Shown here: positions 30,087 through 45,031 of the stretch, one piece after another | Position numbering within the stretch: the stretch's first letter is position 1 | Layout: the number at the start of each line of letters is the position of its first letter | Translations under genes and position numbers: made by a program | Assembly (NCBI RefSeq): GCF_009914755.1 | Contig: NC_060936.1 | Length of the DNA stretch: 64,000 nucleotides | Source: the human T2T-CHM13v2.0 reference genome, Homo sapiens | Direction: 5' to 3' (one strand) | The notes under the pieces: generated by a model | The model's database searches: none | What the model saw: the letters and a program-made list of their open reading frames with translations, nothing else | What the model was told of the DNA's origin: nothing

Positions 30087-31060
30087 ATGGGGAGAAACTA
30101 GGGCAGAAAGGCTGAAAATTCCAAAAACCAGAAAGCCTCTTTTCCTCCAAAGGATTACAACTCCTTGCCAGCAAGGAAACAAAACTGGATGGAGAATGAG
30201 TTTGACGATTTGACAGAAGTAGGCATGTTCTAACCCAATGCAAGGAAGCTAAGAACCTTGAGAAAAGGTTAGATGAATTGCTAACTAGAATAACCAGTTT
30301 AGAGAACAACATAAATGACCTGATGGAGCTGAAAAACACAGCACGAGAACTTTGTGAAGCATACACAAGTATCAATAGCCGAATCGATCAGGTGGAAGAA
30401 AGCATATCAGAGATTGAAGATTAACTCAACGAAATAAAGTGAAAAGACAAGATAAGAGACAAAAGAGTGAAAAGAAATGAACAAAACTTCCAAGAAATAT
30501 GGGCCTGTGTGAAAAGACCAAATCTACATTTGGTTGGTGTAACTGAAAGTGATGGGGAGAATGGAACCAGGAGCCAAGTTGGAAAACTCCAGGAGAACTT
30601 CCCCAACTAGCAAGGCAGGCCAACATTCAAATTCAGGAAATACAGAGAACACCACAAAGATACTCCTCGAGAAGAGCAACCACAAGACACATAATTGTCA
30701 CATTCACCAAGGCTGAAATGAAGGAAAAAATATTAAGGGCAGCCAGAGAAAAAGGTCAGGTTACCCACAAAGGGAAGCCCATCAGACTAACAGTGGATCT
30801 CTCAGCAGAAACCCTACAAGCCAGAAGAGAATGGGGGCCAACATTCAACATTCTTAAAGAAAAGAATTTTCAACCTAGAATTTCACATCTGGCCAAACTA
30901 AGCTTCATAAGTGAAGGAGAAATAAAATCCTTTACAGACAAGCAAATGCTGAGAGATTGCATCACCACCAGGCCTGCCTTACAAGAGCTCCTGAAGGAAG
31001 CACTAAACATGGAAAGGATCAACTGATACCAGCCACTGCAAAAACATACCAAATTCTTAA
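30087..31060 (+). pseudogene. L1 ORF1 remnant
   Basis: ATG GGG AGA AAC TAG (stop at codon 5); C-terminal fragment MKEKILRAAREKGQVTHKGKPIRLT... in the ORF track. Confidence 0.9.
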
Positions 31061-31122
31061 GACCATTGACGCTATGAAGAAACTGCATCAACTAACGGGC
31101 AAAATAACCAGCTAGCATCATA

Positions 31123-34100
31123 ATGGCAGGATCAAATTCACACATAACAATATTAACCTTAAATGGCTTCCTTGCATTGGCTAAATGCTCCAATTAAAAG
31201 ACACAGACTGGCAAATTGGAGAAAGGGTCAAGACTCATCAGTTTGCTGTATTCAGGAGACCCATTTCACATGCAAAGACACACATAGGCTCAAAATAAAG
31301 GGATGGAGGAATATTTACCAAGCAAATGGAAAGCAAAAAAAGGCAGGAGTTGCAATCCTACTCTGATAAAACAGACTTTAAACCAACAAAGATCAAAAGA
31401 GACAAGGGCATTACATAATGGTAAAGGGATCAATGCAACAAGAAGAGCTAACTATCCTGAATATATATGCTCCCAATACAGGAGCACCCAGATTCAAAAA
31501 GCAAGTTCTTGGAGACCTACAAAGAGACTTAGACTCCCACACAATAATAGTGGGAGACTTTAACACCCCACTGTCAATATTAGAAAGATCAACGAGACAG
31601 AAAATTAACAAGGATATCCAGGACTTGAACTCAGCTCTGGACCAAGTGGACCTAATAGACGTCTACAGAACTCTCCACCCCAAATCAACAGAATATAATT
31701 TCTTCTCAGCACCACATTGCACTTCTTCTAAAATTGACCACATAATTGAAAGTAAAACAGTTCTCAGCAAATGCGAAAGAACAGAAATCATAACAGTCTC
31801 TCAGACCACAGGACAATCAAATTAGAACTCAGGATTAAGAAACTCACTCAAAACTGCACAACTACATGGAAACTGAACAACCTGCTCCTGAATGACTACG
31901 GGCTAAATAATGAAATGAAGGCAGAAATAAAGATGTTCTTTGAAACCGATGAGAACAAAGACACAACATTCCAGAATCTCTGGAGCACATTTAAAACAGT
32001 GTGTAGAGGGAAATTTATAGCACTAAATGCCCACAAGAGAAAGCAGGAATGATCTAAAATTGACACTCTAACATCACATTTAAAAGAACTAGAGAAGCAG
32101 GAACAAACAAATTTAAAAGCTAGCAGAAGGCAAGAAATAGCTAAGATCAGGGCAGAACCGAAGGAGATAGAGACAGGAAAAACCCTTCAAAAAATCAATG
32201 AATCCAGGAGCTGGTTTTTTTCAACAACATAGATAGACTGGTAGCCAGACTAATAAAGAAGAAAAGAGAGAAGAATCAAATAGATGCAATAAAAAATGAT
32301 AAAGGGGATATCACCACTGATCCCACAGAAATACTAAGTACCATCAGAGAATACTATAAACACCTCTATACCAGTAAACTAGAAAATCTAGAAGAAATGG
32401 ATAGGTTCCTGGACACATACCCCCTCCCAAGACTAAACCAGGAAGAAATTGAATCCCTTAATAGACCTATAACAAGTTCTGAAATTGAGGCAGCAATTAA
32501 TAGCTTATCAACCAAAAAAAGTCCAGGACCAGATGGATTCACAGCTGAATTATTCCAGAGGTACAAAGAGGAGCTGGTACCATTCCTTCTGAAACTATTC
32601 CAATCAATAGAAAAAGAGGGAATCCTCCCTAATTCATTTTATGAGGCCAGCATCATCCTAATACCAAAACCTGGCAGAGACAACAAAAAAAGAAAATTTC
32701 AGGCCAATGTCCCTGATGAACATTGAATCGAAAATCCTCAATAAAATCCAGCAGCACATCAAAAAACTTATCCAGCACGATAAAGTTGGCTTCATCCGGG
32801 GATAAAAGGCTGGTTCAACATATGCAAATCAATAAATGTAATCCATCACATAAACAGAACCAATGACAAAAACTACATGAATATTTCAATAGATGCAGAA
32901 GGCCTTCGACAAAATTCAACAGCCCTTCATGCTAAGAACCCTCAATAAACTAGGTGTTGATGGAATATATCTCAAAATAATAAGAGCTATTTATGACAAA
33001 CCCACAGCCAATATCATACTGATTGGGCGAAAACTGGAAGCATTCCCTTTGAAAATCGGCACAAGACAAGGATGCCCTCTGTCACCACTCGTGTTCAACG
33101 TAGTGTTGGAAGTTCTGGCTGGGACAATTAGGCAAGAGAAAGAAATAAAGGGTATTCAGTTAGGAAAAGAGGAAGTCAAATTGTCTCTGTTTGCAGATGA
33201 CATGATTGTATATTTAGAAAACTCCATTGTCTCAGCCCCAAATCTCCTTAGCTGGTAAGCAACTTCAGCAAAGTATCAGGATACAAAATCAATGTGCAAA
33301 AATCACAAGCATTCCCATACACCAATAACAGACAAACCATGAGTGAACCAAATCATGAGTGAACTTTCATTCACAATTGCTACAAAGAGAATAAAATATC
33401 TAGGAATCCAACTTAACAAGGGATGTGAAGGACCTATTCAAGGAGAACTACCAACCACTGCTCAAGTAAATAAGAGAGGACACAAACAAACAAATGGAAA
33501 AACATTCCATGATCATGGATAGAAAGAATCAATACAATGAAAATGGCCATATTGCCCAAAGTAATTTATAGATTCAGTGCTATCCCCATCAAACTTCCAT
33601 TGACTTTCTTCACAGAATTGGAAAAATACTACTTTAAATTTCATATGGAACCAAAAAAGAGCCCACATAGCCAAGACAATCCTAAGCAAAAAGAACAAAG
33701 CTGGAGGCATCATGCTACCTGACTTCAAACTATACTACAAGGCTACAGTAACCAAAACAGCACGGTACTGGTACCAAAACAGGTATATAGACCAATGGGA
33801 CAGAACAGAGGGCTCAGAAATAATGCCACACATTTACAACCATCTGATCTTTGACAAATCTGACAAAAACAAGCAATGAGGAAATGATTCTCCGTTTAAT
33901 AAATGGTGTTGGGAAAACTGGCTAGCCATATGCAGAAAGCTGAAACTGGATCCTTTCCTTACACCTGATACAAAAATTAACTCAAGATGGATTAAAGACT
34001 TAAACGTAAGACCTAAAACCATAAAAACCTTAGAAGAAAAGCTAGGCAATACCATTCAGGACATAGGCATGGGCAAAGACTTCGTAATTAAAACACCAAA

Positions 34101-34920
34101 AGCAATGGCAACAAAAGCCAAAATAGACAAATGGGATCTAATTAATCTAAAGAGCTTCTGCACAGCAAAAGAAACTATCATCAGAGTGAACAGGCAACCT
34201 ACAGAATGGGAGAAAATTTTTGCAATCTATCCTTCTGAAAAAGGGCTAATATCCAGAATCTACAAAGAACTTAAACAGATTTACAAGAAAAAAACTTCAT
34301 CAAAAAGTGAGCGAAAGATATGAACAGACACTTCTCAAAAGAAGACATTTATGCAGCTCAACAAACATATGAAAAAAGCTCATCGTCACTGGTCATTAGA
34401 GAAGTGCAAATCAAAACCACAGTGAGATACCATCTCATGCCAGTTAGGATGGCAATCATTAAAATGTCAGGAAACAACAGATGCTGGAGAGGATGTGGAG
34501 AAATAGTGACGCTTTTACACTGTTGGTGGAAGTGTAAACCATTGTGGAAGACAGTGTGGCAATTCCTCAAGGATCTCGAAGTAGAAATACCATTTGACCC
34601 AGTAATCCCATTACTGAGTATATATACCCAAAGGATTATAAATTATTCTAGTATAAAGCCACATGCACACGTATGTTTATTACGGCACTGTTCACAATAG
34701 CAAAGACTTGGAACCAACCCAGATGCCCATCAATGATAGACTGGATTAAGAAAATGTGCCACATATACACCATGGAATACTATGCAGCCAGTATACAGAA
34801 AAGGATGAGTTCATGTCCTTTGCAGGGACATGGATGAAGCTGGAAACCATCATTCTCAGCAAACTAACACAAGAACAGAAAACCAAACACCATATGTTCT
34901 CACTTATAAGTGGGAGTTGA
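31123..34920 (+). pseudogene. L1 ORF2 remnant (endonuclease / reverse transcriptase), multiply frameshifted
   Basis: Fragments [38 protein letters not shown] in several frames. Confidence 0.92.
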
Positions 34921-37900
34921 ACACATGGAAACAGGGAGGTGAACATCACACACTGGGGCCTGCTGGAGGTGGGAGGCTAGAGGAGGGATAGCATTAGGAG
35001 AAATACCTAATGTAGATGGCAGGTTGATGGGTGCAGCAAACCACCATGGCACATGTATACCTATGTAACAAACCTGTACGTTCTGCACATGTACCCCAGA
35101 AGTTAAAGTATAATTAAAAAAAAAATTTCAATTGGTAAAAATGTAAAAAAATAAATAAAAGGGTTATAAAACTATAATAATTTTGGAAGGAAAATAGAAA
35201 ATCTTCTAGACCTTGGATTCTAGAAGATTTTTACCTATGGCATCAAAAGCCTATTTCATAAAATAAAAAATAAATGGATACATTAGACTTCACCAAAATT
35301 AAAGCTCTTGTGTTTCAAAAGACACCATTAAGAAAATGAAAAAACAAGTCACAGATTGGGGGAAAATATTTGTTAATTACATATCTGATAGAGGACTACT
35401 ATCTAGAATATACAAAGAAATCTTAGAACTCAATGAGAAGATGATCCATTTTTTAATATGAGCAAAAGACATGAATAGGCATATCAGCCCAGCAGATGTA
35501 CTTAATCACTAAAAAACATATGAAAAGATGCTCCATATCATTAGTCATTACAGAAAATGCAAATCAAAACCATTATGAGATACCAGTTCACAGAGAGAAA
35601 ATAACAAATGTTGAGGAAGACATGGAGTAATGAGAACCTTCATACATTGCTGGTAGGGGTGTAAAATTGTATAGCCACTTTAGAAAACAGTTTGGCATCT
35701 TCTTAAAAAGTTAGCATAAATTTACCATATGGCCTATCAATTTTACTCCTAGATATTTACCCAAAAGAAATGAAAATGTGTCTACACAAAGATTTGCACT
35801 TGAATTTTCATAGCAGCGTTATCATAAATGCTAAAAATTGGAAACATCCCACATATTCATTAACTGATGAAAGGAGAAATAAAATATAGTAGCATTCTCA
35901 TATAATAGAAGTTCAACAATAAAAGGAATGAAATATTGACATGTTACATGTGTGAACCTCAAAAACATGGTAAATGAAAGAAGCTAGATACAGAAGATCA
36001 CATGTTGTGTGATTCCGTTTATATGAAGTATGTATAAAAGGCAAATGTAAGTAGATTAGTGATTGCCTGAGCCTGGGAGTAAAATCCAGGATTAAATGGC
36101 TGTGGAGGATCTTACTAGAGTAAGGAAAAATATTCTAAAACTGGATTATGGTAATGATTGTACAACTTGGTAAATGTATGAAAAATCATTGAATTATATG
36201 CTTAAAATGGATGAATTTTAATGTATGTAAATTATACCACAATAGTGAATAGCATGGGTAAGATTTCTGCCTTTGTGGAGCTTATAGATTAGTGATGAGA
36301 TGCATAAGTAATAATTAAGCAAAATAATTAAAATAAATGACCGAAAAGGAAAGTCCAGTTAATTGGAAAGAAAACCAGAAGGAGGAAGTTGGCAACTATA
36401 TTGGATGCTGCCAGGAGGTTGAGTGAGTGACAGCATAGAGATTCATGGTCACCTTAATGACCTCATTTGAACATTAGGCAAAGGGCAGATTGGATTGCAG
36501 TGAGATTTGAATGGCAGGATAGGAAGTGGAGGCAACAGTTAGGTAACTATTTGGAGAAGTTTCCCTGTAAAAGGGAGCAAAGGAAACGGGTAAAGAGAAG
36601 GCTATGAAACATGAATGTCTTGTCAAGGGAGGTACCACCCTGGATTTGGAAGATGGTACATCTTGTTTATAAATTGGTAAGAATGGTCCAGGAAAGAGAT
36701 GTCACTTCATGACTCAGGAGATGAGGCCGACAGAAAAGGAGCAAAGTCCTTCAGGAATTGAGAGGAGTTGGATACAGAGTGCAAATGAGGGTTTGACCTT
36801 TGTAAAAGGCAAACATTTCTTCAACTTTAACAAGGAAAAGAATTCAAGGATATATGCAGATGCAGGTAGGTTTGGCTGTGGGAATGTTAGGAGTATCTTT
36901 TCTTGTTGGAATGTGAGGTTAGCTAAAAGGCAGGATGGAGTGGGTCAGAAAAGTGTGTGGAAAATTTGAGGACAGAAGATAGAAAGTATGCCCTGGGAGA
37001 ACAGGAAAGAGCATTTCCTAGGAGAACATGTGGGATTGCCAAGCAGAACTGAGTGTTCCATTGGAAATTACTGATAAAAAAATAAGGTGAAGTCAATCAG
37101 TTCAATTGTATTTCGTCTACAGTTTTGTCCTTCTGGGGTTTCAGGCTCAGAGAAGGCACATGTTTGGGTCAACCAGAGTGAGTTTTGCTTAGCAAGTATA
37201 GTGGGTAGGGGCCTGGGAGACAAGATTTTGCTGAGGATATTTGCAGAGGAATAACTGTGATGCTGAGCCTTGAAATCTAAGCTGGGAGGATGCGGGCTTC
37301 AATGTACCTTTGGCTGTGAGGAAGGGCACTTAAACTAGTGTTCCGGTTGCACTTGATGGAACACAAAGTGCTTCAGAACAGCTGAAAAGGAAACCTATTA
37401 TGTAGAGTTAGTTAACCCATGATACCAGTTTTGTTTGTCATCGTAAAAATTCAAGTTGCTCTTGGCGTAGCATGTATTATATGTCCTGTAATGATCCTTA
37501 CAAATCCCTCTGGAATTTGAAGAACCCTGCTAAGGCCTTTGTCTGATATTTCTCCTGGCTGATAGTTTCATGTTTTTTAGTAAAGTATGTCAGAATAATG
37601 AGGTTCTCACTGAATTACCTTCACTCAGCTCTTGGTTGTCACAGATTTACTGTCATGAAGCATGCAAATGAATTAGGAAATGGGTAAAGAAATATTAAAA
37701 TGCATTATAAGCACTGATACTTATTAATGCTAGGTTAAAATCGTACAGAACTATTCAGATTAATGGAATAGAGCGGAACGTTCAGAAACAGTCCCATTAT
37801 ATGTAAGGATATAGTATGTGATAAGGGTGACATTTCAGTATAGGGAAAGAGGCAGTACAGTAAATGATTCTGTAAGTAGCATTGAAGCAATTGGCTTACA

Positions 37901-39010
37901 TCTTGGGAAAAATATAATTACATGTTTACCTTATATAATGTACAAAAATACGTCACAGAAGGAACTTTATAGTAAAAAAAAAATCTTTTTTATAAGGTTT
38001 AGACAAAATATGTAGAAATTTATGTCACTGCAGAGGAATTTTCTAACTATGAATCCAAGCCATAAAGAAAATCAGTAGTTTTGGTTAAATTAAACAGTTA
38101 AAATTTTATGTGCACAAAACACTGTAAATAACACTAAAAGTTAAAATACAAACAATAAAAGGTATTTCCAACAATATCACTAAAATATAGAGAATTCTTA
38201 CAAATTATTTTTATAGACAGGGACTCCAGGAGGAAAGAAAAGATAGATGTATAAATGACCAAAAATTCGTGAAGAAATGATCTCTCATATTAAAGACATA
38301 ATAATTAAAACATGAGATACCTTTTTTTTTTTAACCTAGCAGATTGGCAAAAATTTTATTTTCTTATGACAACTCATTTCGGGTGGAGGGGGCATTCTTA
38401 TATATAATTACATATATATAATTATAATTTATATAATTATCTAAAATGTTATATACTTAACATTTTATATAAATTGATAGAACCATTTTGAAAAGCAGTT
38501 TAGAAGTATTCAATAAAAGCCTTAAAATTTTAAAGTCTACATTGACCCAGTTCCACTTCTACAAATATATTCTAAATGCGTAATCATGGATAAGTACAAA
38601 TATTTATTACAAGAATGTTCATTAAAACATTATAAAAGAAAAAAATTTTAATAGCATAAATATCTCAAAACTGGCAATTGATAAAATAATTGTGATTACA
38701 TGCAGTGTAATATGTTGTCATGAAACATGCAATAAAATAATGATGTGGAAAGACGATTATGATGTAATGTTAAATGAAAAAGACATTACGGAATAGAATG
38801 GATTGTGTATTTATTAAAAGCAGAATAATGTATATATGTAAGGGGATGAGAAGGATATAGATCAAATATATTAACTATCTTTCATAATGGGATTATGGGT
38901 GATTTTTCTTTGTGCTATTCTGTATCTACTACAGTGCATATATGTTTCCTTTTTTATAAGGAAAATGTTATTTTGTTATAAAGGAAACTTTGTGAGAAGC
39001 GTGTAATTGA

Positions 39011-39133
<123 letters not shown>

Positions 39134-39582
39134 TAAGTAGAGTGCTCCTTTTGTGTGACTTCTGAAAAAGCCAGCTCCACACACTTGTTCCTAATGTTCT
39201 CCCTTAGGGTTATAGGGTGTGTGAAGGGCTGGTCTCCAGATCTCCTAGTGTTATGACATTAGCATAGAGAAGAAGCAGAAATAGATTAGTGTTGGTTAAA
39301 AAAAAATATATTGGAACATTAAATCTTCCCAATTCCCAGAAGTGAATCTTCCCACTTCCCAAAAGTGAAGATGCAGTTCTTCACTTTCTCCAATTTAAAA
39401 CCATCGAGTTTAATTTTGGAGAAATATCTTGCTAGGCACATATGTAAGGGGCAGTCAGGTTCCCCTGTGTTTCATGTCGCTCATTATTAAATCAACCTGA
39501 TCATGCTGTTGGGGAAAGGAGTCAGGCTAATTCAGACTTGGATTTGTGGTTGCCTTCTCTTCTTTCCCTGCTTCTTAGTTTA

Positions 39583-40114
<532 letters not shown>

Positions 40115-40279
40115 AAATAAAATAAAATCTTGAACTTACCATGTCACACCCTAGTGGCCTGGTTAAGGAGACTGTCACATCCATTGTGCCACAAACTGAT
40201 CTTCATTTGGGTTTTCATCCATTCATTCAACAAATGTTTATTGAATGCCTACTATGTCTTAGATAATGTACTAGGTACT

Positions 40280-40351
40280 CAGAAGGTTACAACAAACACT
40301 CAAAAATCTTATGGTCAGAATGTTACAACAAAAACTCAAAAATCTTATGGT
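40280..40351 (+). repeat. 36-bp tandem duplication (2 copies)
   Basis: cagaaggttacaacaaacactcaaaaatcttatggt / cagaatgttacaacaaaaactcaaaaatcttatggt. Confidence 0.9.
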
Positions 40352-41286
40352 CTAACAGGGGTACCAGAAAAATAGACCACTAGAATGCAGGGTGATAACG
40401 ATATTTATTGAGTGTTACACCTTTCAGACTATTCACTTTGTCTCCTTTAATACTCAGTTATCTATAAAGTAAGTAAGGAGAGTATGTGGAGTGAGTGGAA
40501 GAGGAGGCCACAGAGTAAGAGAAACTTACAAGAAGGCCAAAAAGTGATCAGGCATTTAAGTGGGAAATGAGAGTTTGGAATTCTAGATACCAAAGGGAAT
40601 GGAGTGTTTTCAGGAGAGAATCGATGTTTTAAGAAGGGGAACATTGCTGTTCATTCACATGTATCTCAAGCCCCTAGAACAATGCCTGGTACACATTAGG
40701 CACTCTGTTAATATTGGTAGAATGAAGTCTTACAGAAAAGTCAAATAAGATAAAGGACCAAAAAATGTCTACAAATGACCATTGTGACCGTGGCTTCAGT
40801 GCCGTGAAAGGGATATAAGCCAGATTGCAGTGAGGCACTTTCATGGTTGTATATAAAATTGAGTTAGAGTTGGCTTATGTATGCCCATGACATGGCCCAC
40901 TGAGGACACTAGAATAGAGACCTGAAGTGATCTGTTAGCATAGAATGAGGGCACAGAGAGTTAGAGGTTTGTAATGAGTGTTTTTATTAAGCTATGTTAG
41001 CCCAATAAATTATTTTTTTCTGCCGTTGAGGAATCTGAGGCTTTATATGTTGCTGGAGAAATTCCAGCCAGCTTCCTTTTTCATTTATTTATACTATGCA
41101 TTAGAATGTTGTTTTTCAAGCCTTTAAACAGCTGTGGAACCCTGTGCTCACTGAAGTTTTACGTCAAGTCCTGCTGGGTAAATCCAATAAAAGAGCTGGT
41201 CTGGTTGCAGTGATGGGTGATACTCAACGCATGTACTCCCAAACCCTTGGCCCCCCAGGACTCTGTGGGGCCCCAGCAAATTCCTA

Positions 41287-41462
<176 letters not shown>

Positions 41463-41913
41463 AAAGTCACTGCCCTGAGGTAACTGATGATGGGAGCTCA
41501 AGTGGCACGTAAGGAGCCCTTCAATTTTCATTAGCAGTGAAGAGATGGCAGTAATGAAGATAGGTGGCCTTTTCCGTTTTGGGTTTTATATTGTCGTCCT
41601 GATTTGAACCGTAGATTTTAGCCTTCTCCTTGCTTTTGGATTTTTTTTTTTTTTTCCTCAAGGGCCCCAGCTTTCAGGGGTTACGTTGTATATTTTACAC
41701 ACCATTCAGCTTGCCCTGCTTCTGTAAAGGCAGCATATTTGAATATCTGAGGTTTAGATTAAATTGAATTTCACAGACTTGATTAAATACTGGAGTTTTT
41801 CTGTTTGCTTTGTTGTTTGTTGGTTTTATTTCATTTTAAGTTTAAGATCTGTTGTTTCTTTGGAGGAGAACAAAGTGTACCAGCAGTTACAGCAGCCGAC
41901 TGGGTTGGCTTGA

Positions 41914-42195
<282 letters not shown>

Positions 42196-43711
42196 TGATG
42201 AGGCGTTAGACTTATTTTGCTTTGCCTGCTTGCTTGTTTCCCGGCCCTTGTCTGTTTGCTGTTCTTGCTGTCTGCAGTCAGCCCCTCTACTAGCGCTGAA
42301 GCTCATCCACCTGCCCTGCTCCAGGGGGCGGCTCCTCCCTACTTTCTGTCCGTCATTATCAGTGTTTCTTTCTCTGCTTGATCACTCCTGTCAACACACA
42401 GAATTGCCTAATAGCTCCCCTGCCAAAGCCTCTCTTCCTCCCATCACTCTTCCAGCTACTTTCCTGTTGTGTCCCTTCACATCCTAACTCCTCCTAACTT
42501 CCTCCTAACGTCCTGAAGAAACTGTTGACAGTTTCTTCCTTCTTTCTTTAACCTACTCCAGTCAGGCTTTTATTCCCATTTCTCCCCTAAAATTGCTCTT
42601 TTCAAGGTTATCCACAATCTCCAGTCTCCTTGCTGCCACATCCAATGGTCAGTTCTCAGACCTCATGTCATGTGCCTGTGCATTTGCTTCTAGGGAGGAT
42701 GCAAAATAAAACAAAAATACTATACCAATACCACATCTACCTTGGAAGACCTATGGACCATATATTGGCAAGAAGTAGCCAAATTGTCCCCTGAATGCTG
42801 CCTGAAAGCTAAAGTGTAGAGAAGATGAGAAAGTAGTGCTTAGGGAACATGTGGAAGTGGGCAACTCACATACTTTCTTCAGACATGGTCTATGAAAGAT
42901 CAGGCAGGATCGCTGGTTGTCAGACACTTCAGTTTATCTTACACTAAAGTGTCTCTTACGTTTATACTTGAGAAAGTGTTGATACAGTGGCCTGAGTAGG
43001 TTTTGGATTTGGTTTGCAGACTGGCTTACAGCCCTCTGGTAAAAGAATTGCAGACTTTCAGGTGGGTAGGATGAGGGATTGCTGCTGCTCTAGGTGCAAA
43101 TGGATTCTATTTATGTGGTTTTGAATAATAATCTGGGATGTTTGCAAACTTTACAGTTCATTATCTTTCCCTATAAACAAGATGGGTTTGGTTTTCTAGC
43201 TCTACAGTGAGCATTAGTCAACCAGGTTGAGTACAGCTGGAGCAAAAAAAGTTACTTGTTTTTTTTTTTTTTTAATGGGCAAGGAACAAATGTTGTGTTA
43301 TCTCCTAAATTCAAAGTTAAAACTGAGTCAGAACGCCCGTGCTCAGAAAACAGGGGCGTGAGAGGACTGAGGAATGGACCAGCTCTGCTTAAGCCCTGAT
43401 TTTATTCCTAAACCCTCCTGTTCAGCCTCCCCTGGCAAGTGTGGTGACTTGTGCTTCCCTGCCCTAGATTTATTTCTGTTGAAATCTGTATATAGAATGG
43501 CTCATGTAGTGCCAACATCCTGTGCTCGCGGCTGCCACTGGGGACCTCGATCTGATACTTGGTGATCTCGCCCTCTTTTGTCTTAAGCCCTCTTTGTGTG
43601 TTCTGCTTTTATAGTGATTTGCATGAATCGAAAATTGCCACATATTCTTTGAAAGCAATTAAGTCTCAATAATAGGACTCATGCCAGCTTGAATGTTTAA
43701 GTGCCTGCTAG

Positions 43712-43942
<231 letters not shown>

Positions 43943-44046
43943 TGCCTCCTGAGCAGCTCTTGGTTTTGGCGTCTTTTGGGTCGGCCCATGTGGTTTGAGC
44001 ACCCAGCCAGGCGGTCTCTTTAGAGGATCCTGTACACAGTTCCACT

Positions 44047-44052
44047 ATTAAA
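44047..44052 (+). terminator. Proximal poly(A) signal ATTAAA of NDUFA9
   Basis: ATTAAA 105 nt after the stop, followed by T-rich downstream sequence. Confidence 0.75.
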
Positions 44053-45031
44053 ACATTTCAGGTTGAATTCTGCAGTATTTTCTTCCTTGATTTACAAAAT
44101 GAGAAATGTAGTCACTTAGAACTTGAGCATGATTTTTGTTAAACATATTTAATAATGATATATATACTATTTATTCTCTGAAATGCCAGAGAGTTTGAAT
44201 TTTCCTATGACAAACCACTTCTAGCATACGTTCTAGAAGACAAGGACCCTTTTTAATGTCAAAGTATTGTAAAGACCCCAAGTGATATGTGATTGTTTTT
44301 TAATTTCCATTAAATGAGAGAGCATACAGTATCCCCTAACCTGAATGTGTTTACACTGAAGGTGTTTTTAAAATTTATTTTAATAATGTCCATATGCCTT
44401 TTAAAAATAGTAGTACATATATAGAAAAACATTGTCCATAGATTCTCAAACCCCTTGCAGTAATTCCACAGTCTTCTTGGATCTGAGCTATCTGAGGCCA
44501 GCCCGATGCCCTTAGTACCACATCTGGATTATTTCAGACACATAGGTGGAGATAGATTCTCTTCCCATGCAAAGGAGATGCTTCAGCTTCTATGCCAGCA
44601 GTGCCAGCACTTAGGAATTATGACCTTCTAATGAAGTTCTTAAAATTGCAGCCAAGACCCAGATGAACAATTGGTTTAGTGTTGGCAAATCCCACCAGTA
44701 CAGTGTGATTTAAAACTCCCACAATTTGTGGTGAAGCCAACATACCACCATCCTAGGTGACCCAGGGTTGGTCATTGTGTTTCACTGGACTTCAGCCTCC
44801 TGATCTATATTTGGGACAGGGATGTCAGTAAAAACGCTGTTTGATGAGGGAATGCCCGTCTCCTTACAGAGAGAAAGGTATATCAGTGTTGAAGGTAAGT
44901 TCTCCACCTGCCCTTTCTGCCTGCATCAGAATCTTTTTATCCCAAAACGGTCAACAGTGAGCTACTCCAAGTGTGGTCCATAGATCACCAGCATTGGGAT
45001 CATCTTGGGGCTTGTTAGAAATGCAGAACCC

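Larger units (their letters stand above)
28770..35158 (+). mobile_element. Full-length inactivated L1PA (about L1PA6-8), sense orientation, in NDUFA9 intron 8
   Basis: 5'UTR caagatggctgaataggaacagct; ORF1 and ORF2 remnants; A tail; 14-bp TSD aagagttataaaac (28756-28769) / aagggttataaaac (35159-35172). Confidence 0.95.
28130..36245 (+). mobile_element. Old L1M 3' portion (28130-28769 and 35160-36245), split by the younger L1PA
   Basis: Degenerate ORF2-like sequence resumes after the TSD; L1M-type 3' end ...aatgtatgtaaattatacc. Confidence 0.75.

Noticed and set aside
28770-35158. Reverse transcriptase and endonuclease ORFs as a novel or active retroelement system
   Set aside because: Ordinary LINE-1; ORF1 stops at codon 5 and ORF2 is broken into many frames.
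38398-38445. AT-rich quasi-palindrome
   Set aside because: Low-complexity TA sequence within old L1-like DNA.
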